Positions 57,114 to 64,000 of a stretch of 64,000 bases of DNA are shown here, piece by piece. The DNA comes from an archaeon. Lineage in GTDB: Archaea > Methanobacteriota_B > Thermococci > Methanofastidiosales > NM3. The position numbers and the translations under genes were made by a program. Below the pieces are notes generated by a model. That model was not told where the DNA came from and ran no database searches. It worked only from the letters and a program-made list of their open reading frames with translations. Numbering within the stretch: the stretch's first letter is position 1; every line of letters starts with the position of its first letter. The stretch lies in the NCBI GenBank assembly GCA_004212155.1, contig RXIG01000001.1, positions 32,001-96,000 on the forward strand. Reading direction: 5' to 3'.

Positions 57114-58073
57114 TTGAAAGAGATGGGCATTAAAGGTGTAGATCTCCTTGTATCTTTCACATGTAATTCCCATTGTATGCACTGCAGCTATAATTGTGGC
57201 ATCCGCAGGAAGGGTATCATGGACGCCTCCGACGGCAGATGCTACATACATGCATTATGTAAGCAACATGATATAGAGTGGCTCAGCGTAATTGGTGGTG
57301 AACCGCTCATGGTTCCAGACCTTACCAATGAGTTGATCAGATGTGCAAAGGAGAATGGAATACCTCATAGGGGGGTCATAACCAACGGATTTTGGGGACG
57401 AGAGGCAAAGGGGGCACAAAAAATACTCAAAGACCTCAAAGATGTTGGAATGAATCAGATAACATTTAGCGTTGATGCGTTCCACCAAGAACATATCCCA
57501 TTCTCCCATGTGAGAAATGCAATTATGGCTTCGACAGATATTGGATTTGATAAGGTGTGGGTCGATGGCTATTATTTGAAATATGAGGATTCAAGCAATC
57601 GTTTTGACAAGCAAACGAAGGCATTGCTGAATGAATTAAGGGGCACGGAAGGAATCGATATCAACACCTATCGCTTGAGGATGTGTGGAAGGGCAGTTGG
57701 CTTACAGGACCATTTTGATGACAAATCTGTTCCTCATGGCATCTGCACACCACCCTTCTGGATGGGAGGTGGCTTTGATAATCCCTCCACAATAGAGATA
57801 GACCACAGGGGAAATGTCACGCTTTGTCCAGGTATCTCAATAGGGAACGCAAAAGAAGACGAAATCACTGCCATTGTACAAACCTACGATGTATGCGAGC
57901 ACCCCATATTATCCATTATCAACGAAGAGGGACCCATTGGCTTGGCGAAGCTTGCCGATAATTTCGATCTCAGTCGTGGATTCGTCGATCATTGTCATCT
58001 TTGTTATGAGCTAAGAAAACACCTTCGACCTCTTTATCCACGTTACCTTACTCCAGCTGATGTCTATCAATGA
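57114..58073 (+). CDS. Radical SAM enzyme, EpeE/YydG-like, with C-terminal Cys motifs
   Basis: CNSHCMHC, IGGEP, ITNGFWG, SVDAFH, LCPG, CHLC; start is TTG 57114 or ATG 57123. Confidence 0.85.
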   Translation: MKEMGIKGVDLLVSFTCNSHCMHCSYNCGIRRKGIMDASDGRCYIHALCKQHDIEWLSVIGGEPLMVPDLTNELIRCAKENGIPHRGVITNGFWGREAKGAQKILKDLKDVGMNQITFSVDAFHQEHIPFSHVRNAIMASTDIGFDKVWVDGYYLKYEDSSNRFDKQTKALLNELRGTEGIDINTYRLRMCGRAVGLQDHFDDKSVPHGICTPPFWMGGGFDNPSTIEIDHRGNVTLCPGISIGNAKEDEITAIVQTYDVCEHPILSIINEEGPIGLAKLADNFDLSRGFVDHCHLCYELRKHLRPLYPRYLTPADVYQ

Positions 58074-58187
58074 GCATGTCGTTTCATGCAATGATTTTAA
58101 TGTAGGGGGATACAAAAACAAAACATTTAAAGATTGACCATCGAAAGTGGTACATGTCTTACTTTTCCCATTTTTTTGGTCAGGTGA

Positions 58188-59468
58188 ATGATTGTGAATG
58201 TTGGAGATAGGGTACGTATCACGCATGGGTCCAATGTGTATGAAGGCATATTGATGCCTCTTGAGGGGACCCTCAAGGAAACTTACGTTTCAGTGAAACT
58301 GGACAATGGTTATAACGTCGGGTTCAGCCGTGACGACGTCTCGATAGAGCTTCTGTCCAAGGGACGTTCGTTCAACGCGATCATGCCCGAAGTTGATATC
58401 CCCTACAACGAGGACTTGCCAGACGTTGCCATCCTCGGCACGGGAGGGACGGTGGCGTCCAAGATCGATTACATGACGGGAGCTGTCTATCCCGCATTCT
58501 CCCCTGAAGAGCTCATGCAGCTTGTCCCAGAGCTAGGAAGGATTGCCAACATCGAGGGCAAGGAGATCCTCTCCATCGTGAGCGAGGACATCACGTTCTC
58601 CGACTGGAAAGACATCGGCCGAGAGGTCGTACGGCAGTACGAGCGCGGGTGTGATGGCATCGTCGTTACCCACGGCACCGACACGTTGCACTTCACATCC
58701 TCGATGCTCTCGTTCATGCTGAAAAACATCCCTCATCCGCTCGTACTCGTCGGTGCGCAGCGTTCCTCGGACAGGCCCTCGTCGGATGCAGCCCTCAATC
58801 TCATATCTGCCGTGAACTTCGCAGGCACCGATTGCAGGGAGGTCACCGTTTGCATGCACGCCGACATGAACGACGACTACTGCTATGTCCACCGTGGCAC
58901 GCGCGTGAGGAAGTTCCATACTTCGCGAAGGGATGCGTTCGCAACGATCAATGGGCGGCCGCTTGCCAAGGTGCCGGGGTCTGGGCCCATCGAATATCTG
59001 TCTGCATATCGCAGGGATTCGAACTCCAAGGAAGACCTGTCGCTTGACACAGACCTCGAGGAACACGTTGCGCTCGTCAAGACGTATCCGACCTCTTCAG
59101 ACATCGTCGCGCACCTCGTTGACAAGGGATACCGCGGCATCATACTCGAGGGCAGCGGCCTTGGGCACACCCCCCATACGCTCCACGAGGAGATACGCAG
59201 GGGCGTGGAAGAGGGCGTCGTGTTCGGCATGACGAGCCAATGCGTCCATGGCCGTGTCAACATGAACGTTTATCGTGGTGGGCGCATCCTCAAGGAAATG
59301 GGCGTCATACCCCTGGGCGACATGCTTGCGGAGACCGCCTGGTGCAAGCTGAGCTGGGTGCTGGGACACGCTAACGATTATGAAGACGTGCGAAGCGAGA
59401 TGCTGCGCGATGTGGCAGGCGAGCTCGAATCCGTCTCGCGCATCGACGCATACAACGTTTGCAGGTGA
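58188..59468 (+). CDS. gatD: Glu-tRNA(Gln) amidotransferase subunit D
   Basis: VKLDNGYNVG, GTGGTVASKIDY.TGAV, HGTDT, GAQRSSDRPSSD, RKFHTSRRDAF. Confidence 0.96.
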   Translation: MIVNVGDRVRITHGSNVYEGILMPLEGTLKETYVSVKLDNGYNVGFSRDDVSIELLSKGRSFNAIMPEVDIPYNEDLPDVAILGTGGTVASKIDYMTGAVYPAFSPEELMQLVPELGRIANIEGKEILSIVSEDITFSDWKDIGREVVRQYERGCDGIVVTHGTDTLHFTSSMLSFMLKNIPHPLVLVGAQRSSDRPSSDAALNLISAVNFAGTDCREVTVCMHADMNDDYCYVHRGTRVRKFHTSRRDAFATINGRPLAKVPGSGPIEYLSAYRRDSNSKEDLSLDTDLEEHVALVKTYPTSSDIVAHLVDKGYRGIILEGSGLGHTPHTLHEEIRRGVEEGVVFGMTSQCVHGRVNMNVYRGGRILKEMGVIPLGDMLAETAWCKLSWVLGHANDYEDVRSEMLRDVAGELESVSRIDAYNVCR

Positions 59469-59474
59469 CCACTG

Positions 59475-61328
59475 ATGGACTACGATTCTATAGGACTGAG
59501 GGTCGGGCTCGAGATACACGCACAGCTCGATACGGGCAAGCTGTTTTGCAGGTGCCCCTCCGTGCTTTCCGACTCGCAAAACTTTGGATTCAAGCGCCAG
59601 CTGCGCCCTACTATGAGCGAGCTGGGGGAGATCGACCCTGCCGCCAAGGAGGAGTTCACGAAGGGAATGATGAATCTCTACAAGGCCTCCACCGACGGGA
59701 ACTGCCTCGTCTACTCAGACGAGGAGCCGCCTCACGACCCCGATGATGACGCGGTCAAAACCCTGCTCCAGATATCACTTATGCTCAACGCCGACATCGT
59801 CGATGTCATCCACTTCATGCGCAAGATCGTCATCGACGGCTCGAACGTGAGCGGATTCCAACGCACGGCGATGGTCGCGCTCAACGGGGAGGCGTACTCC
59901 CAGTTCGGCAATGTGCTGATCCCCACCATATGTCTCGAGGAGGATGCGGCACGCCTCATCGAGATGGCAGGCAAGACGAAGATCTGGAACATCGACAGGC
60001 TGGGCACGCCGCTTGTCGAGATCGCAACAGACCCGTCCATGCACCATCCTCAGCAGACGCGCGACATCGCGCTCTATCTCGGCCAGGTCATGAAGGCAAC
60101 GGGGAGGCTCAAGCGTGGCATAGGCACCATACGCCAGGATGTCAACATTTCGATCGAGCGGGGAGCGCGGGTGGAGATCAAGGGTGTCCAGGAACTCAAT
60201 ATGATCTCTGAGTACGTTCATAACGAGTGCCTACGGCAACTCGCACTGCTCGACATAGCCAGTAAACTCAAGGAGCGGGGAATTAGGACCTGCGACCCCG
60301 CCATCAAGGACCTCTCATCGATCTTCGAGGACACCGCGTGCAAGATCATCAAGGGCAACGTCTTCGGGATACTGCTCGAGGGATTTGCAGGGCTCATCGG
60401 CATGGAGGTCCAACCGGGCAGGCGATTCGGGACCGAGCTTGCCGATTACGCCAAGAAGTATGTGCGGGGCATATTTCACAGCGACGAGCTTCCCGCCTAT
60501 GGCATCAGCGCAGAGGAGGTAAAAGCGGTCCGCGCTTCGCTTGGAGGGGGCGACGATGACGCGTTCGTGCTCGTTGCAGCAGAGCAGCCAACGGCCTCGC
60601 GTGCGCTCGAGGAGGTCATACGCCGCTCGCGCCTGGCTATCGAGGGGGTCCCCCATGAGACGAGGAGACCCATGCCCGACGGCACCTCCCAGTACATGCG
60701 TCCGCTTCCCGGCAAGAGCCGCATGTATCCCGAGACCGACATTTATCCTATCGTCGTCGAGGACGAGATGCTCGAGCGGCTGCGCTCAACGCTTCCGGAA
60801 CTTCCTGCCGAACGTATCGATCGCCTGTGTGAGAATTACGGCATCGCAGAGGACAACGCACGAAAGATACTCGAGTGGGACGTCGAAGAGGCGTTTATCG
60901 AATCGCAGGAGCAACACGGGATGAACCCAGGGCAGTTCCTTCGCCTCATGGAGACGCTCACGATGCTCAAAAAGGAGGGATTCACACATCCAAGCGACGA
61001 GGAAGCTCTGATCGCCTCGTTCATGGGGGCGCATGAGGACATACCGCTTGAGAGCTATGAGGCTGTGCTGCGCCAAATGATCTCAACATCGGCCGACGCC
61101 AGGGAGGCCGCGCGTGCCCTCGGCATCGAGCGTGCTTCGAGCGATGAACTGCGCGACGTTGTGGCTTCAATCGCCGAGGACAATGCACAGCTCATCGAAC
61201 AACGTGGCGATGGGGCGTTCAAGCCGCTCATGGGAAAGGCCATGGCGGCGCTGAAGGGCAAGGGCGACGGCAGTCAGATAAGTGCGCTCCTCAAGGAAGA
61301 GATTGAGCGAAGGAAGAACACGAAATGA
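59475..61328 (+). CDS. gatE: Glu-tRNA(Gln) amidotransferase subunit E
   Basis: GLEIHAQL, MRKIVIDGSNVSGFQRT, CLEEDAAR, RGIGTIRQDVN, RMYPETD. Confidence 0.96.
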   Translation: MDYDSIGLRVGLEIHAQLDTGKLFCRCPSVLSDSQNFGFKRQLRPTMSELGEIDPAAKEEFTKGMMNLYKASTDGNCLVYSDEEPPHDPDDDAVKTLLQISLMLNADIVDVIHFMRKIVIDGSNVSGFQRTAMVALNGEAYSQFGNVLIPTICLEEDAARLIEMAGKTKIWNIDRLGTPLVEIATDPSMHHPQQTRDIALYLGQVMKATGRLKRGIGTIRQDVNISIERGARVEIKGVQELNMISEYVHNECLRQLALLDIASKLKERGIRTCDPAIKDLSSIFEDTACKIIKGNVFGILLEGFAGLIGMEVQPGRRFGTELADYAKKYVRGIFHSDELPAYGISAEEVKAVRASLGGGDDDAFVLVAAEQPTASRALEEVIRRSRLAIEGVPHETRRPMPDGTSQYMRPLPGKSRMYPETDIYPIVVEDEMLERLRSTLPELPAERIDRLCENYGIAEDNARKILEWDVEEAFIESQEQHGMNPGQFLRLMETLTMLKKEGFTHPSDEEALIASFMGAHEDIPLESYEAVLRQMISTSADAREAARALGIERASSDELRDVVASIAEDNAQLIEQRGDGAFKPLMGKAMAALKGKGDGSQISALLKEEIERRKNTK

Positions 61329-61414
61329 TACCGATAATGCTTTATACAATAAGATATATAAAGGAAAAGAAGACTTATTCATAAAGGTAGCGTTTTATGA
61401 AAAGGTGTTATTAG

Positions 61415-61555
61415 ATGAAAAATATTACATTCAAAAACATCCCTGATGAGCTTTACTTCAAGGCCATCGAAGTGAAGGGAAAGCTACGAGCGAAGAACTG
61501 GCAAGAGTTCCTTGAGAAGTTGATTGAAGAGATGGAGAACGAGAAGGTGAAATAA
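61415..61555 (+). CDS. Ribbon-helix-helix-like microprotein, 46 aa: MKNITFKNIPDELYFKAIEVKGKLRAKNWQEFLEKLIEEMENEKVK
   Basis: Beta-strand then IPDELY helix then W.EFL..LI helix; AGGTG SD; stop abuts the next ATG; absent from ORF track. Confidence 0.75.
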   Translation: MKNITFKNIPDELYFKAIEVKGKLRAKNWQEFLEKLIEEMENEKVK

Positions 61556-64000
61556 ATGGACACAAGACGTCTTTTTCGCATTTTTCTGTTCTTCGTGCTC
61601 GTCGGTTCGTTAGGCGTTGCCATGTTCACTGTAGCGCCCGTTGCTGCCGATATTACCGTTGATGCCGTCTCACTGCAGAACGGCGACATCGAGATCTCAT
61701 GGGGATCGGTGAGCGGGGCTGCTACGTATGATATCTATCGCAGCTCTACGAACTCCCAGCCCGGGACTGCTTCAAAGACCGTGACAGCACCCACCACGTC
61801 TGTTACGTTCACGATACCTGAAGATGGCCTCGTTTCTGGGCAGACATGGTACTTCTGGGTCGAGGCATATGACAATACGGACACACTCATTGAGGGTACG
61901 ACCTCCCCGGGAACGGCCATATGCGATGCTGAGGGTCCTCAAACCCCATCGTTGAGCTCTCCAGCGGACGGAAGCTACGTAATCGTGAATCCTCCAACCC
62001 TCACTTGGAGCTCTGTTCAGGATGAACCGCAAGGTGAGGACAATACGGGCATCGATTCATACACACTGCAGTACTCGACCTCATCGACGTTCACGCCCAG
62101 CAACACGACGACTGTTTCCGACATCTCATCAACATCCTACACATTTTCGTTCTCGCTTGCGAACAACACGTATTACTGGCGTGTGAAGGCGGTGGACAAC
62201 GCGGGAAATGAGGGAAACTGGTCGAGTGCTCGCTCGTTCACGATCAATCTTGAATCACCGACACTCCTGAGTCCCGCCAACGGAGCATCGTTTAACAGCG
62301 ATGACATCCCCTTAACGTTCTCATGGAGCGAGGTATCGGGCGCATACGGGTATCTGCTCGAGATCGATGACCAGCAACCTATCAGCTCGAGTCCCATTTA
62401 CTCGCAAGTGGTGTCTGGTGAGAGCACGACATCGTTTGAGGTCCCTGTCTCGTTCACTGACAACACATATTACTGGCGCGTGTCCGCGGTGGACAGCGAG
62501 GACAATACCACCGGTGTCTACTCGTCCGTCCGAAGCTTCTCGGTCGACTCCACGCCTCCGGGAACCCCATCACTTACCTCTCCTGCCAACAACGCTACCA
62601 TCGGCGATACGTCGCCCACCTTTTCTTGGCAGTCGGTAAGCGATGCAGAATCGTACAAGATCGAGATAGCGACAGCATCAGACCTTGACGTCGATGGTTC
62701 CTTTGTCGGCGCAAACGTCGTTTACACATATCCCACATCCGGCCAGCTCACATCGACGACCCACTCGATCGGGACAGACCTTGATGACGGGGAGGAGTAC
62801 TACTGGCATGTAGTGGCATTCGATGCCGCAGGCAATGAAGGCGACTGGTCTTCAATACGTTCATTCGAGATCGATACCTCTCTTCCTACGGCTCCGACCC
62901 TCAACTCCCCTGGTAACGGGACAACTCTAGAAGACACTACGCCTACGTTTTCATGGAGTTCTGTTAGTGGTGCTTCAGAATACACGCTGCAATACTCGAC
63001 ATCAAATTCTTTTACTTCATCAACAACAGTTGAAGAAACGGTAACTGGTACCTCATATACCGTTCCCTCAGATTCTGAACTGTCTGAAGACACATATTAT
63101 TGGCGTGTGAAGGCTAATAATACAGGGTCTTGGTCGGACGTATGGTCTTTTACTATTGACATTCCCGCACAGCAGGTCAACTTCCAGGTGCGAGTCCTTG
63201 CGGGCGCCACGGGAAGTGCGGTTGACAATGCGACAGTATCGCTTGTCCAAGGCCCGAACACCATTGACACCGAACAGACCAACTCGTCGGGAAACGCGAC
63301 GCTTAGCTCCGAGACCGGCACCTATACGCTGCAGGTCACGAAGAGCAGCTGGGACTCTGGCGATGGCACGGCATATTCGCGCACGCTCCAGGTGACCGCC
63401 AACATGGACCCTGTACAGGTGCTACTCTATACGGAGGGCAGGGACCTCATCGTCGCTCGCGTGAAGTACAATGACAACTTCTCATCAACACCTCAGTCGA
63501 TAGTCATCTACCGCAACGATACAACATACCAGACGGTCACTTTACCTCGCGTGCCACCAGGTATCATGCCGCAGAATCTCCGGACTGCACAGACCAATCT
63601 CGTCATCGAGGTACCCACATCTGGTACGTATTCAATCGCATCGTCTGAATACACGTCGCAGCGGGTTTCGGTGACGAATCTCTCCCAGTCGCTTGCAGAC
63701 GCATACAACAACGTCATCACGCTTGACATCACGTCCTCCCTTAGCGGGGTCGTCGTCGACGACGCCGACGAGATCATCACAGGGGCAAGCGTCATGCTGA
63801 TCCGTTCAGATGACGAAAGCGTCATCGGGGCAAAGGAGACATCGGCCATAGGATTCACTTTTGACAACATCCTTCCCGGATCGTACTACCTGCGCATACA
63901 AAAGGAAGGATACGGGGATGTGACGACCGACCCTGTCGAGATCGGCGCCAACGAGGACAGGAACATTGGCATGATACCGCTCACGCAACCCAAGGGGACG
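61556..64000 (+). CDS. Large secreted surface protein (815+ aa, runs off the window): about five FN3-like repeats plus carboxypeptidase-regulatory-like domains
   Basis: Open from MDTRRLFRIFLFFVLVGSLG (signal peptide) to the window end; repeated P.L.SP.NG..PTFSW..V..A..Y and YYWRV.A.D..GN...WS..RSF; AGGTGA SD. Confidence 0.9.
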   Translation, partial: MDTRRLFRIFLFFVLVGSLGVAMFTVAPVAADITVDAVSLQNGDIEISWGSVSGAATYDIYRSSTNSQPGTASKTVTAPTTSVTFTIPEDGLVSGQTWYFWVEAYDNTDTLIEGTTSPGTAICDAEGPQTPSLSSPADGSYVIVNPPTLTWSSVQDEPQGEDNTGIDSYTLQYSTSSTFTPSNTTTVSDISSTSYTFSFSLANNTYYWRVKAVDNAGNEGNWSSARSFTINLESPTLLSPANGASFNSDDIPLTFSWSEVSGAYGYLLEIDDQQPISSSPIYSQVVSGESTTSFEVPVSFTDNTYYWRVSAVDSEDNTTGVYSSVRSFSVDSTPPGTPSLTSPANNATIGDTSPTFSWQSVSDAESYKIEIATASDLDVDGSFVGANVVYTYPTSGQLTSTTHSIGTDLDDGEEYYWHVVAFDAAGNEGDWSSIRSFEIDTSLPTAPTLNSPGNGTTLEDTTPTFSWSSVSGASEYTLQYSTSNSFTSSTTVEETVTGTSYTVPSDSELSEDTYYWRVKANNTGSWSDVWSFTIDIPAQQVNFQVRVLAGATGSAVDNATVSLVQGPNTIDTEQTNSSGNATLSSETGTYTLQVTKSSWDSGDGTAYSRTLQVTANMDPVQVLLYTEGRDLIVARVKYNDNFSSTPQSIVIYRNDTTYQTVTLPRVPPGIMPQNLRTAQTNLVIEVPTSGTYSIASSEYTSQRVSVTNLSQSLADAYNNVITLDITSSLSGVVVDDADEIITGASVMLIRSDDESVIGAKETSAIGFTFDNILPGSYYLRIQKEGYGDVTTDPVEIGANEDRNIGMIPLTQPKGT

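Noticed and set aside
1-64000. CRISPR arrays, IS elements, integrases, rRNA, and Sec/Pyl read-through or programmed frameshifts
   Set aside because: No spaced direct repeats, transposase motifs or rRNA-like sequence seen, and recognised genes appear intact without internal stops. The many long alternative-frame ORFs are shadows typical of GC-rich coding DNA

Overview
Gene-dense archaeal chromosomal DNA with GC-rich coding regions and AT-rich BRE/TATA promoters. The gene content and order (dph2-csl4-rpoL-RNase III-like, fttA, rfcSL, rtcB, tsr3-rpl40e-GGGP synthase, gatDE, stand-alone acdB, gdh, atwA-mcrC) suggest a Thermococci/Methanofastidiosia-like euryarchaeon; this is an inference, not a classification. 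I identified about 65 CDS and one intron-containing tRNA-Leu(CAA). No rRNA, CRISPR array, IS element or intein is visible. Several real genes are missing from the ORF track: two small peptides (4089-4253, 4268-4369), rpl40e, an RHH microprotein, a truncated DMT transporter and a truncated giant FN3-repeat surface protein. The best candidates for undescribed biology are four. (1) A promoter-driven cassette of two paralogous small peptides that share a 12-residue C-terminal motif, followed by a GC hairpin and an MFS exporter. (2) A membrane protein with a cytoplasmic C4HC3 RING-like finger and an extracellular thioredoxin-fold CxxC domain, encoded beside a thioredoxin lipoprotein and a TrxR that lacks the NADPH-specificity motif. 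(3) An atwA-mcrC (MCR activation) operon with no mcrBGA in the window, divergent from feoAB, with DtxR-type palindromes in the shared promoter region. (4) An orphan, compositionally atypical EpeE/YydG-like radical SAM enzyme. All product calls come from motif recognition by eye; no database searches were run.
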